Source of the DNA: Candidatus Zixiibacteriota bacterium
Lineage (GTDB): Bacteria; Zixibacteria; MSB-5A5; GN15; FEB-12
Length of the DNA stretch: 64,000 nt
Reading direction: 5' to 3'
Assembly: GCA_036826635.1 (NCBI GenBank)
Contig: DAISVY010000001.1
Location: forward strand, 92,425-156,424
A program made the translations under genes and the position numbers. Positions 38,787 to 46,810 of this stretch are shown piece by piece (the first letter of the stretch is position 1; every line of letters begins with the position of its first letter). Below the pieces are notes generated by a model. The model ran no database searches. It saw nothing but the letters and a program-made list of their open reading frames with translations, and had not been told where the DNA came from.

Positions 38787-38936
38787 GTATTCTCCATATG
38801 TCAGGGCAGAGTATAGCCAATTGTGACGGCTATTTCAAGTCTGTCGAGCTTTGGCCATACTACGATTATACGCTGTCCGGACGTTGCGGAACAACGATTG
38901 GAACAGGAAAATTCGGCATGGCCGCCGGAGAAAACA

Positions 38937-39842
38937 ATGAGTGATACCGATTCATATTCCCCGACCGCCCTGGTGGTGGCCCTGTGCCGCTTCAGTGGTG
39001 TAACCCCCCGGTTGTTCGAAGCCCTGTTGCGGCATTTTGATGCTCCCGACAGCATTCTGAAAGCCGGCCTTAAGCAGTTGATGGCTATCGAGGGTATTAC
39101 GGCGGCGGTGGCCGAAGAAGTTGCCTCGGCGTCCGATCATCTGGCCCGGGCGGAGGAGTATGTCGGGGCACTGAAACAGCGGGACATCCATTTGCTTACC
39201 CGCCTTGACGAAGAATATCCCCGACTGCTCTTTGAATTAAACGACCCGCCGCCTTTGCTCTATGTTCGCGGCCGGCTGCCTGATCTGAGCAAAAAAACGG
39301 TGGCGCTGGTCGGAACTCACCGGGCCGGGGCGGCCGGGATACAGATGGCTTCCACTCTGGCCAAAGAGTTTGCCCGGGCCGGGGTACAGGTTGTCTCGAC
39401 CATGGTCGGGGGAATCGACGTGGCTGCGCATCTGGCCTGCAGGGCCGCCGGGGGAGAATCGTTTGCGGTGCTCGATTGTGGTTTCGACCGAATTGCTCTG
39501 GCCGAGGGTATGCCGGTCGCTATCGATATCGTCGGGGAGGGCGGAGTTATAAGCGAATACCCGCCGGATATGGAAGCCAGTGATCAGACCTTGCCTCAGG
39601 TCAATCGGCTTGTCGTCGGTCTTTCACAGGCCGTGGTGGTCACGGAGGTTTACGGCAATTCCGTGCGTACGCTTGATTTGCTCAAAAGTTGTCAGGAGGT
39701 AGGCAAACTCGTCTTTTTCGTAATCGATCCCGAACACGGGGCGCATGCGGACGAAACGAGCCTTGCCATGGCTCTCCAGTACGGGGCGATTCCCATTCAG
39801 GGATGTGACAAGGTCGAAGACATTATCAGGTCGCTGGTGTAA
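38937..39842 (+). CDS. Divergent DprA/Smf-like (SLOG Rossmann) paralog lacking the C-terminal winged helix
   Basis: The ORF is 38823..39842. I prefer the ATG at 38937 (MSDTDSY, after GGAGA). The HhH-like region is GVTPRLFEALLRHFDAPDSIL. The core VALVGTHRAGAAGIQMA…VSTMVGGIDVAAHLACRAAGG parallels the canonical GMAEGIDSAAHRGAL but is degenerate. There is no DML1-like tail. Confidence 0.72.
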   Translation: MSDTDSYSPTALVVALCRFSGVTPRLFEALLRHFDAPDSILKAGLKQLMAIEGITAAVAEEVASASDHLARAEEYVGALKQRDIHLLTRLDEEYPRLLFELNDPPPLLYVRGRLPDLSKKTVALVGTHRAGAAGIQMASTLAKEFARAGVQVVSTMVGGIDVAAHLACRAAGGESFAVLDCGFDRIALAEGMPVAIDIVGEGGVISEYPPDMEASDQTLPQVNRLVVGLSQAVVVTEVYGNSVRTLDLLKSCQEVGKLVFFVIDPEHGAHADETSLAMALQYGAIPIQGCDKVEDIIRSLV

Positions 39843-39849
39843 GCAACCG

Positions 39850-40467
39850 ATGGATGACACGTTCATAACTATCAGGCAACCTTCGACTGTCGAGACGAAG
39901 GTCAAAGGTTCCCGGTTTATCGCCCGGACGTTTGTGGTGAAGTCGGTCGAAGAAGCCATGGACCGACTGGGCGAGATACGCAAGCGCGAGTATAGTGCCA
40001 CGCATCACTGCTACGCCTATATAGTCGGTCGGGGAGCCGACCGGATTTTCAAATACTCCGACGCCGGAGAGCCGACCGGAACGGCCGGTAAACCGATCTA
40101 CGACGTTATCTCCGGCAGCGGGGCCACCGACGTGGTATGTGTCGTCACTCGCTACTTCGGCGGGACCAAGCTCGGCACCGGGGGATTGGTGCGCGCCTAC
40201 AGCGAAGCGGCCAAAGGGGCGATGGATAACTCCGGTTTGCAGGAAAATTTTTTGACGAATAAATACCGGTTTACTTTACCTTTCGGATTGTATGATCGCT
40301 GGCAAAAAATCATGCACCAGTTGGGAGCGATTGTCGATGCGAGCGATTTTTCCGATTGTGTCAGCCTGCGCGTGAGTATACGCAGGGCATACTCCGCCCG
40401 TCTGCTGGAAGCTTTCACCGAACTGACTTCAGGAAAGGGAGAGATTGAGGAAATCCCGTCCGATTGA
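39850..40467 (+). CDS. yigZ: YigZ/IMPACT-family protein (UPF0029)
   Basis: The ORF is 39745..40467. I prefer the ATG at 39850 (MDDTFITIRQPS), 8 nt after the upstream stop. KGSRFIA, HHCYAY, DAGEPTGTAGKPI and VVTRYFGGTKLGTGGLVRAY are all present. Confidence 0.85.
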   Translation: MDDTFITIRQPSTVETKVKGSRFIARTFVVKSVEEAMDRLGEIRKREYSATHHCYAYIVGRGADRIFKYSDAGEPTGTAGKPIYDVISGSGATDVVCVVTRYFGGTKLGTGGLVRAYSEAAKGAMDNSGLQENFLTNKYRFTLPFGLYDRWQKIMHQLGAIVDASDFSDCVSLRVSIRRAYSARLLEAFTELTSGKGEIEEIPSD

Positions 40468-41371
40468 AGAAATCGATTGCCTCGGTCTCGGCATCATGCC
40501 GCTGGATTTGATTTTCGAAGTCGCTTCGTATCCCGCGGCGGGTTCCAAGATCGACGGTTGTGGCATGATTGTTCAGGGTGGCGGACCGGTTCCCAATGTG
40601 CTGGTGGGGCTGGCTCGCATGGGGCACCGCTGTGCTCTGATATCGGCCATTGCCGACGATCTTAACGGTGCGGTCGGGCGACGCGAACTCGAAGCTGAGG
40701 GCATTGATACCCGGTTTCTCGTGTTGAAAAGAGGAACTTCCGATACCGCGGTGGGCTGGACCGAAAAAGGCAGCGGCCGCCGGACAATGGTGCTCAATCG
40801 GGTTATACATGTCAAGCCGCGCGATGTCGTCACCGACCGTTACCCGCTTCCGCGGATCGTGCATCTTGACGGTCGCGATTTGGAAGCCTGCCTTAAACTG
40901 GCCCGGTGGGGAAAGAGAGTCGGGGCCGTTGTCTGTTTCGATATCGGGTCGATCCGTAACGATGTGTCGCCGATCTTTCCTCTGGTTGATCACCTTGTCG
41001 TTGCCGACAGTTACGCTCTTCCTTTTACTTGTTCGCGTACCGCCCGAAAAGCGGTAGACAAACTCCGGCAACTGTGTCCGGGCACGATTGTGGTGACCGA
41101 AGGCACGCGGGGATCGCTCGGGTGGGAGAACGGAACGTGGGTGCGTCAGCGAGCCTGCAAAGTCCGCAATCTCGATACGACCGGGGCCGGGGATGCTTTT
41201 CACACCGGCTATCTTTACGGTTTGCTTCATGGTTTCGACCTGGAGCGGCGACTGAAATTCGGGGCCGCGGTGGCGGCTCTCAAGTGTACGCGGATGGGGG
41301 CACGAACGGGTATTCCCACGCTGGCGCAGGTGCGGCGTTTTATCGCAAGCAAGCCGAGGATGTATGCTTGA
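40445..41371 (+). CDS. PfkB-family carbohydrate/nucleoside kinase (copy 2)
   Basis: 308 aa with a TTG start after GGGAGAG. IDCLGLGIMPLDLIF is the N-terminal strand and NLDTTGAGDAFHTGYLYG is the PfkB signature. It overlaps yigZ by 23 nt. Confidence 0.8.
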   Translation: MRKSRPIEEIDCLGLGIMPLDLIFEVASYPAAGSKIDGCGMIVQGGGPVPNVLVGLARMGHRCALISAIADDLNGAVGRRELEAEGIDTRFLVLKRGTSDTAVGWTEKGSGRRTMVLNRVIHVKPRDVVTDRYPLPRIVHLDGRDLEACLKLARWGKRVGAVVCFDIGSIRNDVSPIFPLVDHLVVADSYALPFTCSRTARKAVDKLRQLCPGTIVVTEGTRGSLGWENGTWVRQRACKVRNLDTTGAGDAFHTGYLYGLLHGFDLERRLKFGAAVAALKCTRMGARTGIPTLAQVRRFIASKPRMYA

Positions 41372-41924
41372 AAATCTGGCCCAATTAGATACGGCCGTGT
41401 TTTTGTTTCTCAATGTCAGTCTGGCCAATCCGGTTACCGATTTGATAATGCCGGTGATTACCTCGGATCTTTTGCTCCGCTGGCTTTACGGTCTTGCGCT
41501 GGCTTTGATCTTATGGAAAGGCGATGCTCGGCTGCGCTGGCTGGTTCTTTTCTCGGTGCTGGTGCTTTTGCTCACCGACCAGATATCCAGCAGTTACCTC
41601 AAGCCTTTTTTCGGTCGTCCGCGTCCGTGTCATGTCCTTACTGATATTCACCTGCTGGTAGGCTGTGGCGGAGGGCGCGCCATGCCATCTTCGCACGCCG
41701 CCAACGCCTTCGGTCAGGCCGTGTTGTTCGGTTACCTGTATCGACCGGTGCGAGTGTATCTTCTGTTGTTCGCGACGGTAGTGGCGCTCAGTCGGGTTTT
41801 TGTGGGAGTTCATTACCCCGGCGATATCATTGTCGGCGCGTTGGTGGGCAGTGGCGTTGCTCTGCTGGCCGTGTTTGCATATAAGAAGTTTATTTCGCGA
41901 TGTTTACCGTCCTTACAACGGTAA
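41364..41924 (+). CDS. PAP2-family lipid phosphate phosphatase
   Basis: 186 aa membrane protein. KPFFGRPRP, PSSHAANAF and SRVFVGVHYPGD are the three PAP2 motifs (KxxxxxxRP / PSGH / SRxxxxxHxxxD). It overlaps the upstream gene by 8 nt. Confidence 0.85.
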   Translation: MLENLAQLDTAVFLFLNVSLANPVTDLIMPVITSDLLLRWLYGLALALILWKGDARLRWLVLFSVLVLLLTDQISSSYLKPFFGRPRPCHVLTDIHLLVGCGGGRAMPSSHAANAFGQAVLFGYLYRPVRVYLLLFATVVALSRVFVGVHYPGDIIVGALVGSGVALLAVFAYKKFISRCLPSLQR

Positions 41925-41937
41925 TGGGGGAAAAGTC

Positions 41938-42459
41938 ATGTCGTTCGTTTTGGAAGCAGTCAAAGGCGATATCACCACGGCCGATACCGAGGCCATAGTC
42001 AATGCCGCCAATAACGAATTCTGGATGGGTTCGGGAGTGGCCGGGGCCATTAAGAGCAAAGGGGGGAAGGTCATCGAGGAAGAAGCCATGGCCAAAGGGC
42101 CGGTTATGCCCGGCGAGGCTGTTTACACCGGGGCCGGTCGCTTGCCTTTCAAGTGTGTTATCCACGGCGCAGTCATGGGCCAGGATTTGCGTACCAACGA
42201 CAAACTCATTCGTCAGGTGACGATAACCTGTCTGAATATCGCCGATAAGTTGGGATTGAAATCATTGGCCTTTCCCGCTTTTGGTACCGGGGTCGGCGGT
42301 TTTCCCGTTCAGGCCTGCGCCAATATCATGGTCACGGCCGCGCGGCTGTGGCTTACTCAGGCCAGGCATGTCCAGCGTGTTCAATTTTGTCTGTTCGATG
42401 ACGTTTCGTATAGTTTTTTCGATAAGGCGGTCAGAGAGCAGATGGCCGAGCCTCAGTAA
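41938..42459 (+). CDS. Macro domain protein (ADP-ribose/O-acetyl-ADP-ribose binding or hydrolase)
   Basis: The ORF is 41800..42459. I prefer the ATG at 41938 (MSFVLEAVKGDITTADTEAIVNAANNEFWMGSGVAGAI…AFPAFGTGVGGFP). These are the classic macrodomain NAAN and GxG motifs. Confidence 0.85.
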   Translation: MSFVLEAVKGDITTADTEAIVNAANNEFWMGSGVAGAIKSKGGKVIEEEAMAKGPVMPGEAVYTGAGRLPFKCVIHGAVMGQDLRTNDKLIRQVTITCLNIADKLGLKSLAFPAFGTGVGGFPVQACANIMVTAARLWLTQARHVQRVQFCLFDDVSYSFFDKAVREQMAEPQ

Positions 42460-42482
42460 ACCGGGGCCGGAAGGAACGTGTT

Positions 42483-43022
42483 TTAGTCGAACACTTTCAC
42501 TTTGAATTTCCCCTCGAAGGTCAGTTCGTCTCCGGGGCGGTTCTGATAGCTGCCGTTAACGCTGCCGTAAAGATGATCCCCGGAAACGGAGTCGATTACG
42601 AAAGTGCCACTGCGGGCTATGTACATACGTTCTTCGGTGGTCCGGTCGTACTGTCCCAGTACTTGTACGAACGAGCTGTTGGTCAGCGGGATGGTCCCCG
42701 ACTCCAGCCGTGACGGGGCCTGAAGGTACAGTTTGTATTTTAGATACTGGTCATACCCAACCAGATTCGATATGTTAGTCTCGACCGTTTCTCCCCGCCG
42801 TCCGGCGAGCAGGATTATGCAGTTGCCGCGCCCCGTGACGACCTTGTCTTTAGCAAACGGGTCGTTGAGAACACCCTCGGTGATAAACTCGGTTTTCTCT
42901 ATTTTGACCCGATCCCGCGATTCCCCCTGGATTAGATAGAGATTCAGACGATAACGGCTGGTGCAGGAAACCAGCATACCCAGCAGGAGAAGAACCGTCA
43001 GGTTTCGCAATTTCAAAGTCAT
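42483..43022 (-). CDS. Hypothetical lipoprotein
   Basis: 179 aa. MTLKLRNLTVLLLLGMLVSC is a signal peptide plus lipobox. Confidence 0.5.
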   Translation of the reverse strand: MTLKLRNLTVLLLLGMLVSCTSRYRLNLYLIQGESRDRVKIEKTEFITEGVLNDPFAKDKVVTGRGNCIILLAGRRGETVETNISNLVGYDQYLKYKLYLQAPSRLESGTIPLTNSSFVQVLGQYDRTTEERMYIARSGTFVIDSVSGDHLYGSVNGSYQNRPGDELTFEGKFKVKVFD

Positions 43023-43058
43023 ACAGTTAATACGCTCCAGCGTCCGTTTGTGTTCGAT

Positions 43059-44186
43059 CTACAACGGCATTTCCACGATACGATATCTCTTGTAGGGCAC
43101 GGCACCCATCTGTATCGCTCCCCGGTTCATAAGCTCGTTGGTCTCCAGTATCCACGACAGCTCGGCCCAGTTGTAGCCCTTGGCCACGCCGCGGTTGAAC
43201 GTCTCGACGAACAACATGGAGTCCACACCGCGTTTCTGAAATTCCGGCACCACGCCGAAAATGACCATGCGTGCGCCGTTTATTTTGTTTCTGATTTTGG
43301 TATGCCAGAGAAGCCGGAGCAGGCCGAACGGGAACAGGCGCCCTTTAAGATGTATCAGGGCTTGATTTATATCGGGCACGGCCAGAGAAAAGCCTATCGC
43401 TTCACCCTGATATTCCGCGATGCAGATAATATCGGGATCGATGATCTGCTTGAGATCCTTGGCCATGAAAGAGAATTCTTCGTCGTCCATGGGGACGAAG
43501 CCCCAATTCTTGGCCCATCCGGAATTGTAGATTTTGTGTGCCCGGGCCAATTCGTTTTCGTAATCGGACATGTTGAGCGTGCGCACCGTAATCCGATTTC
43601 GCTCCCGGTTCTTGTCGGCTATGCGCTGCAAGCGTTCCGGCACCCCCGACTCGGACGTAATCTTGTAGGCGATCAGGTCCATGGCTTTTTTGAGACCGAA
43701 TTTTTCGGCCAGCTTGACCTGATAAAGGTAGTTGTAGGTCATCATAACTACCGGTGGGCTGTCGTCGCCTTCGATCAGGAAACCGCATTCGTGATTGGTG
43801 GAGAAATTCATCGGGCCGCGCATTCGTTCCATACCGGCTTTTTTTAGCGTGATCATGGCGACCTTGAGAAGTTTCCCTGCAATCTCATAGTTGTTGGGAG
43901 TGTCGAAGAAACCGAAGAAACCGGTCTGTTCCTGATGGTATTCGTTGTGACGGTAGTTGATGCAGGTGGCGATACGTCCCACGACCTCGCCCTCACGCAT
44001 GGCCAGGAACATTTTCACGCGGGCTACCCGATAGAAGGGGTTGGTGTTGGGGTCGAAGAAGGCCTTGCGCTCCATCAGGAGAGGGGTGACATAGTTGTCA
44101 TCACCGGCATACAGCCTGTTGGGATAGGCGATGAAGGCCTTCAGTTGAGCGGCCGATTCGACTTCTACTACGTCGACGGTGGACAT
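43059..44186 (-). CDS. GNAT-fold acyltransferase-like protein, function unknown
   Basis: 375 aa. GVVPEFQKRGVDSMLFVE resembles GNAT motif A (Q/R-x-x-G-x-G/A). It lies 4 nt downstream of the alpha-oxoamine synthase gene. Confidence 0.5.
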   Translation of the reverse strand: MSTVDVVEVESAAQLKAFIAYPNRLYAGDDNYVTPLLMERKAFFDPNTNPFYRVARVKMFLAMREGEVVGRIATCINYRHNEYHQEQTGFFGFFDTPNNYEIAGKLLKVAMITLKKAGMERMRGPMNFSTNHECGFLIEGDDSPPVVMMTYNYLYQVKLAEKFGLKKAMDLIAYKITSESGVPERLQRIADKNRERNRITVRTLNMSDYENELARAHKIYNSGWAKNWGFVPMDDEEFSFMAKDLKQIIDPDIICIAEYQGEAIGFSLAVPDINQALIHLKGRLFPFGLLRLLWHTKIRNKINGARMVIFGVVPEFQKRGVDSMLFVETFNRGVAKGYNWAELSWILETNELMNRGAIQMGAVPYKRYRIVEMPL

Positions 44187-44190
44187 AGAT

Positions 44191-45417
44191 TTATGAAATT
44201 AAACCCGTCTCGCGACCGACCTTGGCCGTGATTTCAAGAATGCGGTCAAGGTGTTCATCGGTGTGAGTGGCCGTATACGACGTCCGAATCATGGCGTGGC
44301 CCGGCGGAACAGCCGGAGAAACGGCCGGATTGGCGAACACGCCGTTGTCGAAAAGCGCTTTCCAGAACTTGAAGCAGTCGATGTCCTCTCCGATCATGAT
44401 AGGAATGATCGGGGTGGCGGAGTGGCCGATGTCGAAACCGAGAGAACGATATTCTTTGTGCATACGGCGGGTGTTGGCCCAGAGATGTTCCCGACGTTCC
44501 GGTTCGCTCTTGATAATGTCTAAGGCCGCCAAAACGGCCGCCGCCGAAGTAGGTGTAATCGAAGCCGAGAAAATGAGGGCTCGGGCAAAATGCTTGATGT
44601 ATTCGATTACGGTTTTGTTGCCGGCGATGAATCCGCCCTGGGATGCGAACGATTTCGAAAAGGTCCCCATCGTCAAATCTACTCGGTTCTGCAGATCGAA
44701 ATGCTCGGCTGTACCGGCCCCGGTTTTGCCCAGCACGCCGATTGAGTGCGCATCGTCGACCATCACGCGAGCCCCGTAGCGCTCGGCAATATCGACCAGA
44801 TTCGGCAGGTCGATGATGTCACCTTCCATCGAAAACACCCCGTCGACCACTATCATTATTCCACCGCGAGGATGGGCGTTGCGCACGTTGGCCATTACTC
44901 GCTCGAGGTCTTCCATGTCGTTGTGGGCGTACTTGTAAGTGCGACCGTACGACAGCCGACAACCGTCGACAATACAGGCATGCACCTGGCGGTCTATCAC
45001 CAGGGCGTCGCCTTTCATCGCCAGACAGGAAATCGTACCGAGGTTAGTCTGGAAACCGGTGGAGAAAACCAGGGCGGCTTCGGCCCCGACGAAATCCGCC
45101 AGACGTTCCTGAAGTTCGATATGCAGGTCAAGCGTGCCGTTAAGAAACGGTGATCCCGTACAGCCGGAACCGTATTTGCGGGCGGCTTGGGCCGCCGCTT
45201 CTTTCACTTTCGGATGGTTAACCAGCCCCAGGTAGTTGTTGGAACCTACCATGATGCATCTTTTTCCATCCACCATGACCTCGTCACCGGGTGCATCCTG
45301 GATCGGGTGGAAATACGGATAGATGCCCATCTGCCGGATTTCTTCGGCCGCGGTAAAGGAGCGGCATTTATCAAACAGATCGACGTGGGCAACTTCAGCC
45401 TTGTTTTCCGCTTGCAA
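44191..45417 (-). CDS. PLP-dependent alpha-oxoamine synthase, serine-palmitoyltransferase-like
   Basis: 408 aa. Matches include GSNNYLGL, GSGCTGSPFLNGT, FSTGFQTNLG, DDAHSIG and the TFSKSF PLP-lysine region. The xLNGT motif resembles SPT more than BioF or KBL (from memory). Confidence 0.8.
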   Translation of the reverse strand: MQAENKAEVAHVDLFDKCRSFTAAEEIRQMGIYPYFHPIQDAPGDEVMVDGKRCIMVGSNNYLGLVNHPKVKEAAAQAARKYGSGCTGSPFLNGTLDLHIELQERLADFVGAEAALVFSTGFQTNLGTISCLAMKGDALVIDRQVHACIVDGCRLSYGRTYKYAHNDMEDLERVMANVRNAHPRGGIMIVVDGVFSMEGDIIDLPNLVDIAERYGARVMVDDAHSIGVLGKTGAGTAEHFDLQNRVDLTMGTFSKSFASQGGFIAGNKTVIEYIKHFARALIFSASITPTSAAAVLAALDIIKSEPERREHLWANTRRMHKEYRSLGFDIGHSATPIIPIMIGEDIDCFKFWKALFDNGVFANPAVSPAVPPGHAMIRTSYTATHTDEHLDRILEITAKVGRETGLIS

Positions 45418-45625
45418 TAGGTACTCCTTGAACTCGGGTCGCGGTTAATAGCGCTCGGAAAGAACCATTTTTGGGTTACTTTGTCAAGTGTTTAGCCCTC
45501 TGTCGGAGAGTGCGACGCCGTCGGGATGGGGGGCTGATCTCCGGGGAATTTCTTGAAACGTGCCGTTTTGAATGGGCTGGCGGCGATTGTTACGCCCGGT
45601 CGAATTGTCCGGTGTGATTGACCAC

Positions 45626-45657
45626 AAAAAAAAGCGGCCGGTGTATTACCGGCCGCT
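45626..45657 (-). terminator. Minus-strand intrinsic terminator after the PEP-CTERM gene
   Basis: AGCGGCCGG-tgtatta-CCGGCCGCT, preceded on the plus strand by A8, which gives a U8 tail on the minus strand. It lies 22 nt from the stop. Confidence 0.7.
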
Positions 45658-45678
45658 GAAGTTTTCGATACCGTGTGG

Positions 45679-46293
45679 TTAACTGCGCCGTTTGCGGCTG
45701 ATGTATCCTCCGGCCAAACCGGCCAGCCCGATACCGAGCAGGATTATGGTAGCCGGTTCCGGGATAGCGGAATACGTGGAACCATCGGTGTAGTCCATCA
45801 TGAAAATGGCCTGGTCCAGGCGCAGGGAGTACTCGCCGGCGTGAACCGTCACATCCAGAAAACCATCGTTGCTCCAGTATTCATCCTCAAGCTCAGTCAG
45901 GTCATAGATCGAATTATCAAGCCAGCAGTGATTGAGAGCGTCCCACTCCAGGTTGCCTTCTATCTCTATCTGGTTGCCGTCGGTATTCACAAAAGCGGCG
46001 TCGATCCACAGTTTTGCCCTTGTAACTTCATACGGGGGAACGGAAAAACCGGTCGGAAGCGTGTGAGCCCACGAAAGGTCACGCCATTCCTGACCAATCC
46101 AGACACCACCAAGTCTCCCGTCCGGCATAGTCCGGTAGAAATCCATGACGGAAGCATACTGATAAGTATGGGCGTCGTTATAGAATCTCCAGTTTTCGTA
46201 AATGCTTTCCTGCATAAGCGGCAAAGAAAAAGCCTGCATAGGGATGCTTATTGCCACCAAGCCGAGAACCAGTAGTCCCAGTTTCTTAAGCAC
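45679..46293 (-). CDS. PEP-CTERM sorting-domain secreted protein
   Basis: 204 aa with the signal peptide MLKKLGLLVLGLVAISIPMQA. The C-terminus IPEPATIILLGIGLAGLAGGYISRKRRS is a PEP motif, a TM helix and a basic cluster. Confidence 0.8.
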   Translation of the reverse strand: MLKKLGLLVLGLVAISIPMQAFSLPLMQESIYENWRFYNDAHTYQYASVMDFYRTMPDGRLGGVWIGQEWRDLSWAHTLPTGFSVPPYEVTRAKLWIDAAFVNTDGNQIEIEGNLEWDALNHCWLDNSIYDLTELEDEYWSNDGFLDVTVHAGEYSLRLDQAIFMMDYTDGSTYSAIPEPATIILLGIGLAGLAGGYISRKRRS

Positions 46294-46740
46294 AACGATG
46301 TCCTTCCTGCAATAAAAGCTACAATATTATGCCTTATTGTTTACAATATCCGTGCCCAATATGTAATTCCTTGTAAGACAATAAGTTAATGTTTGTCTGT
46401 AGCCATCGTGAAGTTGACTACGTACAGTTTATAGGCAATTGATTGCAAACTTTTCCGCATGGCTGTGCAAATCATGAACAACAACCCGGCTCCGGCCCTG
46501 CGCGACAGCCGGTCATCTCTGATGGTCATTTGTCTGTCGCTCTGTATGTTAGGGGTGCCGGGGGGAGTTTTTATTGACGGCCCTGTCTCTTTTAGGTAAT
46601 TAGCTGAACTGGTGTCCGCTTTCCTGCTGGCTTTTGCGGCGGTGGTAATAGTTAGCCTGTTGACCGGACGGGGGCAATCTCAGCCCTACTCATGAGTTGA
46701 TCGTTTCTGTTTCCCTCGGATTGTTCGCTATAGAATACAA

Positions 46741-46777
46741 TTAAAACTCGGCCCGGCCGGTTTTCTCCGGTCGGGCC
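46741..46777 (-). terminator. Minus-strand hairpin terminator candidate after pepF
   Basis: GGCCCGGCCGG-ttttct-CCGGTCGGGCC (11 bp including one G-T pair). The minus-strand tail is GAGTTTTAA. Confidence 0.5.
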
Positions 46778-46810
46778 ATGGTCGTGTGGTCGTTTGGAAA
46801 AGCGCTTCGT

